64,000 nt of DNA from Dehalococcoidia bacterium (GCA_963662435.1 OY759598.1:2450507-2514506); one strand, 5' to 3'. Counted from the stretch's first letter, positions 48,606 to 58,147 are shown. The notes: generated from the sequence alone by a model not told the origin. A program made the numbers and translations.

Positions 48606-48761
48606 ATGGCGACGAATGGCAAACCGGTAGCCATAAGAGGGATGGGCCCCAAGACTAGACCCGCAAAGTCACCACAGGGAGGAAGGCCGCCAAAGTCGCG
48701 AATTCCCAAGAGTTCGAGCGGAAATAAGCCTCGCGGCGAAAAGTCGACTACGCCACGCTAA
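48606..48761 (+). CDS. Small basic Pro/Lys-rich protein (51 aa), not in the ORF track
   Basis: GGGAGG RBS 5 nt before the ATG. MATNGKPVAIRGMGPKTRPAKSPQGGRPPKSRIPKSSSGNKPRGEKSTTPR. Confidence 0.5.
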   Translation: MATNGKPVAIRGMGPKTRPAKSPQGGRPPKSRIPKSSSGNKPRGEKSTTPR

Positions 48762-48775
48762 CCGGATAAGAGAAT

Positions 48776-49081
48776 TTACCCCGCTCTAGGATCGAGTACT
48801 GGATGAGTCTTGGTCAGAATTTCTAAGCCTTGGGCCCGTGCGCGTTCAAAGACACGTGAAAGCTCTTCTTGCGAGTATTCGGTGTATTCACCACGCTCAA
48901 TCTCATTGAGAGCCTCACGTATCTCCGCGTCGAACCGACCCGTCTGCTCTGGTGAGTCCTCTTGCGCGCTCTCCAACGCATCGAGAGCTTGGAGCACGAG
49001 TTCATTTGCCGACCCGTACCGGCCTTCACTCAGCGTTCGTTCGATCCGTCGCTGAACTTCCGGAGACAGTAAGATGTCCAT
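48776..49081 (-). CDS. ParD-like ribbon-helix-helix antitoxin (orphan)
   Basis: LSPE...GRYGSANELVLQALDAL followed by EALNEIERGE. Confidence 0.7.
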   Translation of the reverse strand: MDILLSPEVQRRIERTLSEGRYGSANELVLQALDALESAQEDSPEQTGRFDAEIREALNEIERGEYTEYSQEELSRVFERARAQGLEILTKTHPVLDPRAG

Positions 49082-49164
49082 GACGTCAGTCTATCAAGCT
49101 CGGACAAGCTTGGATGCAATGTAAATTCGTTTTGATGCCGACGCATTCTTGCTGATCGGGCTCT

Positions 49165-49221
49165 CTGGATTCCGGCACCGTATCGGAGTACGGGGTGATG
49201 TTCCTTCGCCGGAATGACGGA
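49165..49221. repeat. REP-like repeat
   Basis: GGATTCCGGCACCGTATCGGAGTACGGGGTGA...CGGAATGAC resembles 33405-33455 and 31902-31952. Confidence 0.65.
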
Positions 49222-49276
49222 TGGGGGCGCCAGTCATGCTAATGGCAACGTAGTCAGAATGAATTGAAAGACTCCC

Positions 49277-50157
49277 CTACTTGGCGACGTTCTCCTGCCC
49301 CTGCCGTAGTGAGCGGAAGCGCGGCGTCCAGCCCCACTGCTGGTGGCCGACGAGGTATTCCCTGGTGTGTTCGGGGAGGTCGGCGAGGAATTCGGGGCTG
49401 GGTTCTTGGTGTCTGTCGGCCTTGAACATTGGTGGGGTGTAGCCGGTGATGATGATGGTGCGCTCGCGGTCGCTGCGGATCTGGCCGTGGCGTGTATGAG
49501 CGCCTCGGCGAAGAGGACGGTTGAACCGGCGGGGGCAACTACCTGATGGATGAGGGAGCGGTCCTCGTAGGCGCAGGCGACTATGTCGTCCATCGGGAGG
49601 GCTATCTTGTGGCTGCCCGCTATAACGACCGTCCCGCCGTCGTCGGGGCCGAGCTCGGTTAGGTTCGTGAGCGTCTTCACGAAGTTGCTGTGGAAGAGGC
49701 CGTTGCCAGTGTAAGTGCCGTGGGGCGGTCGCGTGCCGAAGTGGAAGCCGAAACTCGGTTCGGGATCGGTGTAGGAGTCGGGGTCGCGGGAGTTGATGAT
49801 GGCCTCGGACTCGGAGAGGCGCACTATTCCGCCGACGACCTCCTCGGCCATGCCGACGAGGCGGGGATTGGTCACGTAGTCGAGAATGGCCGGATCGGTC
49901 TCGAGGACGTGTGCGAAGTGCATGTTGGTCGGGGAGTAACCTGACACGTGACAGTTTCGGATGATCGTGCCGGTTGGGTCGCCAGTCGCCTCGAACTCAC
50001 GCTTGAGGTCCTGGAGGGCGTTTAGTACTGCCGACGTTTCGCCGGCCGTCAGCGTGTTCTCGATCACGACGTACCCGAAGACGTCAAAGTGGTAGCGCTG
50101 GGCGGACGTGAGGGCCGGGAACGGTCGTTTGAAGGGGTCGGCGGGGGTGGGGGTCAA
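49277..50157 (-). pseudogene. Phytanoyl-CoA dioxygenase (PhyH) family protein with a 1-bp frameshift
   Basis: FDVFGYVVIEN, DDGGTVVIAGSHK and FAEALIHAT motifs. Adding one G at ~49485 restores HATGQIRSDRERTIIITGY...AK*. Confidence 0.75.
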
Positions 50158-50180
50158 GGCACTCTTCCTTAAATTCCCAC

Positions 50181-51188
50181 TTACCGTCGCCGTCCGACCA
50201 AAAGGCGATCGGAGCCTCGGCTCGTTACAATGCTCACTCCGCCACTTCGGTGTTTCTTGTGTGCGGTTCTTACACCATAGTTGCCTTCTCCTTCCACCCA
50301 AACGTGACTGAATTCTTGAGATAGGTTGAACAGAGCATCGTGGACTTCACGATACTCGGAATCGAGAAACGGCTCCCTTTGTCCTTCTGTAAATTTGTCT
50401 TTCTTCTTGTCGTGGGGAGACGTTCTATCGTTCTTAATCAAAATCTCCAAGGCATTGACGAACTTCACTGCGAAATCTGATAGGTCTCTCCGATATTCTG
50501 AGAGACAAATCTCCGTGCGGTCGACTTGTCGCTGAATTCCCAGATCAGCGAGTTCATCGAAAAACCCTCGATTTGCTTCATCACCGAAGAACTGGTCAAG
50601 CCCTCGATCCCTGTCGACACTCGATTCCTTTAGAAGACTGCACGAGGATATACGGTTGCGCACGTATGCTTGATGTTGCTTCCACAGGTCGTTGCCATCC
50701 CAGTCAATGTCAGCTACATCAAGCCAGCTGACGTGTTTTGCGGCGAGAGAACTCTTGGAGAATTCCTTGAATATCCGGACAGTGCGAAGTTTATCCTCAT
50801 TAACCCCCGCCCGACACTCATTGAAGGGGGTAAGGTAAGACACTGATACGCAGTGATCTTGGTATGCCGCGCGTAGGCCGCAAAAGTACTTTTCTAACTG
50901 TCCGGATTCTGCGGATTCTTCTTTGGTCTTAACTTCGATTCCAACAATTCGCTTGACAGGGTGATCACTCTCTATGCAGATGTCAATTCTACCCTCGCCT
51001 GCAGCCTCCTCAGTAGAAATTTCAGCGCAGCCGGGAGGTGCCCAGCCGTCCGGTGTGGCTAGACGCCATACACCATCGAACAACGAGCGATCCTCACATA
51101 AGCTCTCCCTTAATGCATCAGCGAGAAACTGAGAATGAAATTGTTCCGTTCCACCTGTCACGGTTTCAATTGTCTCAAATATATTCAT
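50181..51188 (-). CDS. PD-(D/E)XK nuclease superfamily protein (PDDEXK_4-like)
   Basis: EQFHSQFLADAL, GRIDICI, IEVK and GQLEKY motifs. AT-richer than its flanks. Confidence 0.78.
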   Translation of the reverse strand: MNIFETIETVTGGTEQFHSQFLADALRESLCEDRSLFDGVWRLATPDGWAPPGCAEISTEEAAGEGRIDICIESDHPVKRIVGIEVKTKEESAESGQLEKYFCGLRAAYQDHCVSVSYLTPFNECRAGVNEDKLRTVRIFKEFSKSSLAAKHVSWLDVADIDWDGNDLWKQHQAYVRNRISSCSLLKESSVDRDRGLDQFFGDEANRGFFDELADLGIQRQVDRTEICLSEYRRDLSDFAVKFVNALEILIKNDRTSPHDKKKDKFTEGQREPFLDSEYREVHDALFNLSQEFSHVWVEGEGNYGVRTAHKKHRSGGVSIVTSRGSDRLLVGRRR

Positions 51189-51231
51189 TGAAGTTCCCCC
51201 TAGGAATCGTAGGTGCGAAATTGCATCGTAC

Positions 51232-52434
51232 TTATCCCACGATGTCGCGGAAGACTCGGAGGTAGTTCAGGCCGAGGAGTTTGCGGAGTTCGTCCTCGTT
51301 GAAGCCGCGCTTGGCTAGGGCCATGGTGAGGAGGGGCCAGTCGGCGAAGGTCTGGTAATCGACGTTGTAGTAGTCGTCGTGGACGCGGTGCTCCCGGCGG
51401 AAGCCACTCCAGTCGAATGCTCCGTGTGGAAGATCGGGCATGTCGTCGGGATACTCGATCAGAGAACCTGTCTGGCCGCCCGGTCCGCACTTGTCATTGC
51501 CGATGCCGACGTGGTCGAGGCCCATGACGTTGACGAGGTGGACGACGTGGTCGACGAAGTGGTCGAGGGTCGCCGCGTTCGACTCGTCCTGCACGAAGCC
51601 CGGAACGATGGTGACGCCGAAAAAGCCGTTCTGGTCGGCGATTGCCCTGGCGAGTTCATCGCTCTTGGCGCGGTCGTGGTAGGTGACGGCCTTCGCGTTG
51701 GAGTGGCTGACGATGACGGGCGCGGTGGAGAGCTCGATGGCGTCCCAGCCGACGGCCTCGCTGCAGTGGCTCACGTCGACGATCATGTTCAGCTCGTTGA
51801 GTCGCTCGACGACGGTGCGACCGAAGTAGGTTATGCCGCTGGGGTTGTGCTCCGTGCATCCGTCGCCGACGAGGTTGCGAAGGTTGTAGGTCAACTGGAC
51901 CTGGCGGAGGCCGAGATTGTAGAAGAGGTCGATTCGATCTATGTCGGTCCCGAACGGAACGGTGTCCTGGAAGTCGAAGATGACCCCGTGCTTGCCCTCG
52001 CGGTAGACCCGCTCGATGTCGTCGGCGGTCAGGATGAGGGCGACCTCGCCTCCGAGCACGTCGATCATCGAGCGGGCCTCGGCGATGCGTTTGACGGCGG
52101 ACTCGAATGCCACTTCTATGCGGCTTCCCGCTATGTAGGTGCCGGCGCCGATAGTCACTCCGGACGTGTTCCACAGGCCGACGTAGTCTTTGACAGCCTC
52201 GGGGTTGGTCTGCACCTCGCGGGCGGCCATTCGGGCCAGGCGGTTGCCAGCGATGCCCCGGTCAACACCTCGCGCATTGAGTTCGGCGAGGGTGGCCCGC
52301 ATGTTGTCGTTGAACAGGAACCCGGATGTTGCGGGAGGCTGCTGCGCGTCGATGACGAGGGCCTCGTAATGCAGCTCGCGGGCCTCGGCGGGTGTGAGTG
52401 AAGGTGGACGGATGGGGTCTCGGACGGATGGCAT
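51232..52434 (-). CDS. Membrane dipeptidase-like (peptidase M19) protein
   Basis: QLTYNLRNLVGDGC, IVDVSHC, SHSN, DHVGIGND and KLLGLNYLRV motifs. Confidence 0.88.
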   Translation of the reverse strand: MPSVRDPIRPPSLTPAEARELHYEALVIDAQQPPATSGFLFNDNMRATLAELNARGVDRGIAGNRLARMAAREVQTNPEAVKDYVGLWNTSGVTIGAGTYIAGSRIEVAFESAVKRIAEARSMIDVLGGEVALILTADDIERVYREGKHGVIFDFQDTVPFGTDIDRIDLFYNLGLRQVQLTYNLRNLVGDGCTEHNPSGITYFGRTVVERLNELNMIVDVSHCSEAVGWDAIELSTAPVIVSHSNAKAVTYHDRAKSDELARAIADQNGFFGVTIVPGFVQDESNAATLDHFVDHVVHLVNVMGLDHVGIGNDKCGPGGQTGSLIEYPDDMPDLPHGAFDWSGFRREHRVHDDYYNVDYQTFADWPLLTMALAKRGFNEDELRKLLGLNYLRVFRDIVG

Positions 52435-52650
52435 GGGAGCTCCTTCTGGATACGTGTTGCGTGATGATACCAAACCAGGCGGGCGCTTACCGCATGGTCA
52501 TCCGTTCGGCGGTATGGTGAAGTCCTATCGCCTCATGGCAGGAGATGTCCCCACAGTACCCATTGCCTGAAGCAGTACCGGCGCGATGGCGAGCGCCGCG
52601 GCTAGACCTGCCAGCAACAGTGGAAGGTTCCTGGGGACAATCATTGCCCT

Positions 52651-53043
52651 TCACCCACCCATTTGGGCTGTGCGGCGGACGATCCACTCCAGATAGCTTT
52701 TGCGCGAAACTCCACGACGCCGAGCTTCAGAGGCGATGGTATCGGCCACACCTGCGTCCAGCGTTAGATTGAGACGCACGCTCTTACGATCGGGGGAGGT
52801 GCGGACGAGGAGAATGGATGTCAAAGCGCAACCCGGCGGGACTTTCACGTCTTCCAGCGCGCTGGGAGGCGTAAGCGATAAACCGTCCCTCGACGCCTCG
52901 ATTGCATAATCTTGGAGGGCTTCTTCCGCGTTGCGAATGGCCTCATCCAAGGTATCCCCCATTGCCACGATTCCAGGGAGATCGGGAAACACGACGCCGT
53001 AATCCTGGCCTCCGCCTTCAATAAGCGCCGGATATCTCATCAT
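52651..53043 (-). CDS. hicB: HicB family antitoxin with C-terminal RHH
   Basis: YPALIE...YGVVFPDLPG...GDTLDEAIRNAEEAL, VRLNLTLD and GVSRKSYL. Confidence 0.9.
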   Translation of the reverse strand: MMRYPALIEGGGQDYGVVFPDLPGIVAMGDTLDEAIRNAEEALQDYAIEASRDGLSLTPPSALEDVKVPPGCALTSILLVRTSPDRKSVRLNLTLDAGVADTIASEARRRGVSRKSYLEWIVRRTAQMGG

Positions 53044-53237
53044 TCCTCCCAGCCTGCTTTCTTCGCGATGGACCGAGCTACCCCAGGCTTAACCGTTCGG
53101 TGTCGCGGCAACGTGATTACGCCCAAAATTTGTGGATGTGCGTAGATATCGTGGCTGGACCCGTGGCGACGCAGATACCAACCGTCCCTCTCCAGTCTTT
53201 GACGAATCCGATGTGTCCGTGTCTCCAATAGGTGCAT
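53040..53237 (-). CDS. hicA: HicA family toxin
   Basis: LERDGW, GSSHDIY.HP, LPRH and SIAKKAGW. ATGA overlap with hicB. Confidence 0.9.
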   Translation of the reverse strand: MHLLETRTHRIRQRLERDGWYLRRHGSSHDIYAHPQILGVITLPRHRTVKPGVARSIAKKAGWEE

Positions 53238-53244
53238 AATTCTA

Positions 53245-53258
53245 ACACTTTAGAGTGT
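53245..53258. promoter_or_regulatory. Putative HicB operator
   Basis: ACACT-TTAG-AGTGT palindrome just upstream of hicA. Confidence 0.5.
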
Positions 53259-53396
53259 CTGTTTTAAACACGTCACCCGGCAATAGCCGCGATCGACCGC
53301 CCTGCATCACAGAGTTACGCAGGGGAATATGCGGTAGAACATGCCCTGCACACCGTTGGCGTATAATCGGCGAAAACTCCGAAAGGGGCGTGGACG

Positions 53397-54566
53397 ATGA
53401 ATACCTACAGGGTGGCGATTCTCGGTTGCAGGGGACGGGGCGGCACGGCGGGACGGGCCTATCACGCCCACCCGCGGACGGATGTGGTCGCCCTGTGCGA
53501 TTTGGTAAAGGAGCGTGTCGACTCCCTGGGTGATGCGCTAGGCGTCTCGGCAAGGTATGACGACCTCGACGCGATGATCGTTGAGACGAAGCCGGACATC
53601 GTCGCGATACCGACGGGCACGGAGTTTCACTATCCGCTCTCGATGCGCGTGCTGGAGCATGGAGTTCACATAGAGGTCGAGAAGCCTATCTGCGTCGAGT
53701 TGCACCAGGCCGACGACGTGCTTGCGAAGGCGTCCGAGAAGGGTGTTCGGGTCGCGGTGCACCACCAGTCGCGCTCAGGTGGTGCGCTGCGCGCGATTCA
53801 GCGGGTTATTGCGGACGGGCGCATCGGCAGTGTGCGACACGTCAATATCAGCGGGAAGGGCTACTACGGGGGATACGGACTTCTGAACATTGGTACGCAC
53901 TCGCTCAACTCGATGATGAAATTCACCGGTCACTGCAGGCGGGTGTACGCGACGGCGAGGACGGATGGGCGTCCCATTACTCCAGAAGATGTGGTGCCGT
54001 CGCCCAGCGGTATGGGAACGTTGGCCGGTGAGTCGATCAGCGCACAATTGGAGTTCGAAGGGGGCGTGACGGCCACGCTTCTTCAGCAACGGATGCCCGA
54101 GGTGGACAAGGCGGGGCACATCCTGGAGATTCTCGGCACGGAGGGGCGCGCGCTCTTCAACACTTCACATGGCGCGTGGTTGCTGGGGAGCGCCTCATCG
54201 CTGCCTGACGGGGAGCACGATAGGTGGCAACCGCTCGAAGCGGAGGCCCCGGAGAGCTACGATCCCCGCAGCAGTGGGCCATTGGACGACTACTGGTTCG
54301 TCGAGGAATTCGTCAACGCCCTGGACGAGGGACGCGACCACGAGTCGAGCGGAGTCGAAGGGACGCACGTCCTGGAGATCATCATGGGCATCTTCGAGTC
54401 GGCGGCGTACGGGCGCCCGGTCGATCTGCCGCAGGCTGAGCGGGACCATCCCTTGCTGCGATGGCGTCGAGAAAACGGGCTTGGCGACCCCGGGCCTATG
54501 CCACGTCCGTACTACGAGTGGCTGGAGGCCGAAGACGAGCGGTTAGGACGAGGGACGCGGGGCTAG
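53397..54566 (+). CDS. Gfo/Idh/MocA family oxidoreductase
   Basis: VAILGCRGRG, VEKP and GTH motifs. Confidence 0.9.
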   Translation: MNTYRVAILGCRGRGGTAGRAYHAHPRTDVVALCDLVKERVDSLGDALGVSARYDDLDAMIVETKPDIVAIPTGTEFHYPLSMRVLEHGVHIEVEKPICVELHQADDVLAKASEKGVRVAVHHQSRSGGALRAIQRVIADGRIGSVRHVNISGKGYYGGYGLLNIGTHSLNSMMKFTGHCRRVYATARTDGRPITPEDVVPSPSGMGTLAGESISAQLEFEGGVTATLLQQRMPEVDKAGHILEILGTEGRALFNTSHGAWLLGSASSLPDGEHDRWQPLEAEAPESYDPRSSGPLDDYWFVEEFVNALDEGRDHESSGVEGTHVLEIIMGIFESAAYGRPVDLPQAERDHPLLRWRRENGLGDPGPMPRPYYEWLEAEDERLGRGTRG

Positions 54567-55216
54567 TTCGCGGACTCACCGCTGTTGGCAGGTGCGTCCG
54601 CCTCTTGGAGGACGCGATCCGACCAGTCTCCTACGCGGCCGTCGAACGTCCTGCGAGCTCGGTACTCGGCCTCGGCGATGCTGGCCCAGACGTGGAGGGC
54701 ATCCCAGCGGTCCATGATCTTGAATAGGGCGGACATCGCCTCAGGACCGACGAACTGAGGCCACGAGATATCTTCCCACCAGAGGACGGGAGCAACTGCA
54801 CGCGGCGAGTCTAGGACGCCGAGGTCCATCGGAATCTGGAAGGCATCTCCCACGAGTTTGGGGGAACCGTTAACGTATGACGGCCAGGCCTCACGCGGCA
54901 GGACGTCGCGGGCCAGCTTGGTGTAGTCCGGATTGTCGATGGAGACATAGATTACCTGGTTGGGGCTGTGGATGAGCATCACATTAGAAATGCCCGTCCA
55001 GTCGTAGCCGTTCGGGTACTCTTCCAGCAATTCGTCCCTTAGAGAGTCCAGGTCAAGCTCGTCTCCGGGCTGGCCGATAAAGGGAAGACCGATCTCCAGG
55101 GAACTGGAAATATCGTCGATGAACGTGCCACGCGCCCAGTCGCCGAATTCACGCAGGGCATCGATGGCACGGTTGCCGACATCGGGTTCGAGCTTCAACG
55201 TGTGTTGATAGCCCAC
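54563..55216 (-). CDS. Hypothetical protein
   Basis: 217-aa acidic ORF with a GGAG upstream that fills the gap between genes. No family recognised. Confidence 0.6.
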   Translation of the reverse strand: MGYQHTLKLEPDVGNRAIDALREFGDWARGTFIDDISSSLEIGLPFIGQPGDELDLDSLRDELLEEYPNGYDWTGISNVMLIHSPNQVIYVSIDNPDYTKLARDVLPREAWPSYVNGSPKLVGDAFQIPMDLGVLDSPRAVAPVLWWEDISWPQFVGPEAMSALFKIMDRWDALHVWASIAEAEYRARRTFDGRVGDWSDRVLQEADAPANSGESAN

Positions 55217-55434
55217 CTTGGGGGACTCCTCCGTGGAAGCATCGAACGCTATGGTACCCCAAAGTGTGAGGTCTGACCATACCCCTTACACAACATATAG
55301 TGGCACTTTGTGAGATTCGACGACGAATTCTACACAGCAAGCGGCGGCGATATGGTTGGATAGTCACCCATTGGGTGGTACAGTTAGCTGCAATTGACGA
55401 CGGGAGCGGATGCTCCCAATTGGGGTGGAATCAG

Positions 55435-57999
55435 ATGGCGTTCAACATACCCAAGAAGCCGTCGTTGAACGGTGTGGAGTCGAAGTGGCTGGATGAGTGG
55501 GACTCCGCTGGTGTATACGACTTCGACAACTCCAAGGGCAGAGACGAGATTTTCAGCATAGACACGCCGCCCCCGACGGTGAGCGGTTCGCTGCACGTCG
55601 GGCACGTGTTTTCCTACACTCACACTGACACAATTGCACGGTACCAGCGGATGAAGGGCATGGAGGTCTTCTACCCGATGGGGTGGGACGACAACGGCCT
55701 GCCGACCGAGCGCAGAGTGCAGAACTACTACGGGGTGCGTTGCGACCCGACAACGGCGTACGACCCCGACTTTGAACCGCCCGCCAAACCGCCCAAGTCG
55801 GCCATTGCGATATCGCGCGGGAACTTCATTAAATTGTGCCACCGGCTCACGCAGGAAGACGAGAAGGCGTTTGAGGACCTATGGCGGAACCTGGGCCTTT
55901 CGGTCGACTGGTCGCTCACCTACGCGACGATCGACGAGACGGTGCAGAGAATCTCACAACGGTTCTTCCTCAACAATCTCGCGCGTGGCGAGGCCTACCA
56001 GCGTGAAGCGCCCACCCTGTGGGACTGGACATTCCAGACGGCGGTGGCCCAAGCGGAGATCGAGGACCGCGACGAGGATGCGGCCTATCATAGGCTCCAT
56101 TTCCGGCACGAGGGTGGCTTCGTTCCCATCGAGACGACGCGACCTGAACTACTGCCTGCCTGCGTTGCAGTGGTGGCCCACCCGGACGACGAACGATTTA
56201 AGGGACTCTTTGGCCAGAAGCTGACCACTCCCCTGTTTGGAGCAGAGGTGCCTGTGGTGGCGCACGAGGCGGCAGACCCGGAGAAGGGTTCCGGCGCGGC
56301 GATGGTGTGTACCTTCGGCGATACGGCAGACGTGGTCTGGTGGCGTGAGTTGCAGCTTGCGACTCGCAGCATCGTCAATCGCGACGGACGGTTTGCGCCA
56401 GTTGAGTGGGGTACGGAAGGATGGGAGTCGTGTGACCCGGCGCAGGCGCAGAAGCACTATGACCAGCTGGCGGGCCTGCGCGTGTACCAGGCCAAGCGTC
56501 GCATGGTCGAGCTCTTGGAAGAGAACAAAGAACTTCAGGCCGAGCCGAAGCCGATCACTCACGCGGTGCGGTTCTATGAGAAGGGCGACCGCCCATTGGA
56601 GATTGTCACGAGCAGGCAGTGGTACCTGAGGAATGGCGGGCTCGACATGGACCTGCGAGAGCAGCTCCTCGAGCGAGGGCGTGAGCTACAGTGGCATCCG
56701 AGCACGATGCGGGTGCGATATGAGAATTGGGTGAACGGCCTGAATTCGGACTGGCTGCTCAGCCGACAGCGGTTCTTCGGCGTGCCGATTCCGCTGTGGT
56801 ACCCGTTGAAGGCGGACGGCTCATTTGACTACGACAACCCGATTGCCCCGACGGACGATCAGCTACCCATCGACCCGTACCGGGAAGTTCCGGACGGCTA
56901 CACCGAAGACCAACGCGACCGGCCCGGAGGCTTCACAGGCGACCCCGACGTGATGGACACGTGGGGGACTTCGTCTCTCTCCCCTCAGCTGGTAGGCCGA
57001 TACGGCGAGCCGGACGAACTCATGTCCCGTGTCTTCCCGATGGACCTGCGGCCACAGGCGCACGACATCATCAGAACGTGGCTCTTCTACACGGTTGTGC
57101 GGGCGCATCTGGAGCACGACAGTCTGCCGTGGAAGAACACGACGATATCCGGCTGGGTCTTCGATCCCGACCGGAAGAAGATGTCGAAGTCGAAAGGGAA
57201 CGTCATAACGCCGATGCATGTGATCGAGCAGTACGGCGCCGATGCGGTACGGTACTGGGCGTGTAACGGGCGTATGGGTAGGGACACGGCCTTTGACGAG
57301 AACCAGATGAAGGTCGGGCGGAGGCTTGCCATCAAGCTGCTGAACGCGAGCAAGTTTGCGCTGTCAAACGCAGAGGGCGCAGACGAAGGGGCCGCGATCA
57401 CCGAGCCGCTCGATGCTGCGATGCTGGCGCGACTCGCCGAACTGGTAGACGACGTCACCGAGGCCTTCGGCAAGTTCGACTATGCGCGGGCGTTGGAGAT
57501 TACGGAGACGTTCTTCTGGTTCTTCACGGACAACTACATCGAGCTCGTGAAGGGCCGCACCTACGGCAATCGCGGGGATTCGGCTAGAGACTCCGGGCGG
57601 GCGGCGCTGTGTCTCGCCATTGAGACGCTCCTGAAGCTCTTCGCGCCACACGTGCCCTTCGTGACGGAGGAAGTCTGGTCGTGGTGGAAGGAAGGGAGCG
57701 TACACCGCGCTGAGTGGCCGAACGGAGACGCCATCCGCGCAAAGGCTGGGGGCATTGCCGAAGAGGATGTCTACGAGGTCGCCAGCGAGGTGCTCGGCGA
57801 GATCCGGCGGTTCAAGAGCGACTCGAATCTCTCACTGGGCGCGCCGGTCGGCAAGGTGGTCGTGCGGGACACGGCTGAGCGAATTGCCATCCTGGAGCGG
57901 TCGCTGCTGGACGTGAAGGACGCGGGCCGCGTGGGAGAATTCGCGATGATGGCGGATGGCGCGTTTTCGGTGTCGGTGACGCCGGATGGGGCTGCCTAG
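55435..57999 (+). CDS. valS: Valine--tRNA ligase
   Basis: IDTPPPTVSGSLHVGH, GWDDNGLPTE, TTRPEL, SRQRFFGVP and KMSKS motifs. Confidence 0.96.
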   Translation: MAFNIPKKPSLNGVESKWLDEWDSAGVYDFDNSKGRDEIFSIDTPPPTVSGSLHVGHVFSYTHTDTIARYQRMKGMEVFYPMGWDDNGLPTERRVQNYYGVRCDPTTAYDPDFEPPAKPPKSAIAISRGNFIKLCHRLTQEDEKAFEDLWRNLGLSVDWSLTYATIDETVQRISQRFFLNNLARGEAYQREAPTLWDWTFQTAVAQAEIEDRDEDAAYHRLHFRHEGGFVPIETTRPELLPACVAVVAHPDDERFKGLFGQKLTTPLFGAEVPVVAHEAADPEKGSGAAMVCTFGDTADVVWWRELQLATRSIVNRDGRFAPVEWGTEGWESCDPAQAQKHYDQLAGLRVYQAKRRMVELLEENKELQAEPKPITHAVRFYEKGDRPLEIVTSRQWYLRNGGLDMDLREQLLERGRELQWHPSTMRVRYENWVNGLNSDWLLSRQRFFGVPIPLWYPLKADGSFDYDNPIAPTDDQLPIDPYREVPDGYTEDQRDRPGGFTGDPDVMDTWGTSSLSPQLVGRYGEPDELMSRVFPMDLRPQAHDIIRTWLFYTVVRAHLEHDSLPWKNTTISGWVFDPDRKKMSKSKGNVITPMHVIEQYGADAVRYWACNGRMGRDTAFDENQMKVGRRLAIKLLNASKFALSNAEGADEGAAITEPLDAAMLARLAELVDDVTEAFGKFDYARALEITETFFWFFTDNYIELVKGRTYGNRGDSARDSGRAALCLAIETLLKLFAPHVPFVTEEVWSWWKEGSVHRAEWPNGDAIRAKAGGIAEEDVYEVASEVLGEIRRFKSDSNLSLGAPVGKVVVRDTAERIAILERSLLDVKDAGRVGEFAMMADGAFSVSVTPDGAA

Positions 58000-58006
58000 G
58001 GGACTC

Positions 58007-58036
58007 TTGAACTAACACTGTCCCTAGTGGTACTGT
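58007..58036 (+). promoter_or_regulatory. Sigma70-type promoter, copy 1
   Basis: TTGAAC-18 bp-TACTGT with an extended TGn. Boxes are nearly conserved in copy 2. Confidence 0.6.
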
Positions 58037-58042
58037 TCATTT

Positions 58043-58099
58043 ACCACCCCTATCGCCTCGGCGGTAGGGTCGAGACCGCCCTCCGAGGCGGTCTCTGTC
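58043..58099 (+). ncRNA. Putative two-hairpin small RNA, copy 1
   Basis: CCCTATCGC-ctcg-GCGGTAGGG plus GAGACCGCC-ctccga-GGCGGTCTC. 55 of 57 nt identical to copy 2. Confidence 0.5.
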
Positions 58100-58147
58100 G
58101 TAGACGGCGTGTTTTCGGTGTCCGTGACGCCGGATGGGGCTGCCTAG

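Noticed and set aside
47900..53300. Integron cassette array, prophage or genomic island
   Set aside because: No integrase, attC-like sites or phage genes, and the accessory genes are interleaved with host-like metabolic genes.
55360..55434. T-box riboswitch upstream of valS
   Set aside because: GGGTGGTAC and GGGTGGAAT lack the CCGCG continuation, and I see no stem I or terminator. They are better read as an extended -10 and an RBS.
58043..58099. Plain valS terminator or tRNA fragment
   Set aside because: No cloverleaf. It follows promoter-like boxes, lacks a U-tract here, and has an extra conserved hairpin. A terminator role cannot be fully excluded.
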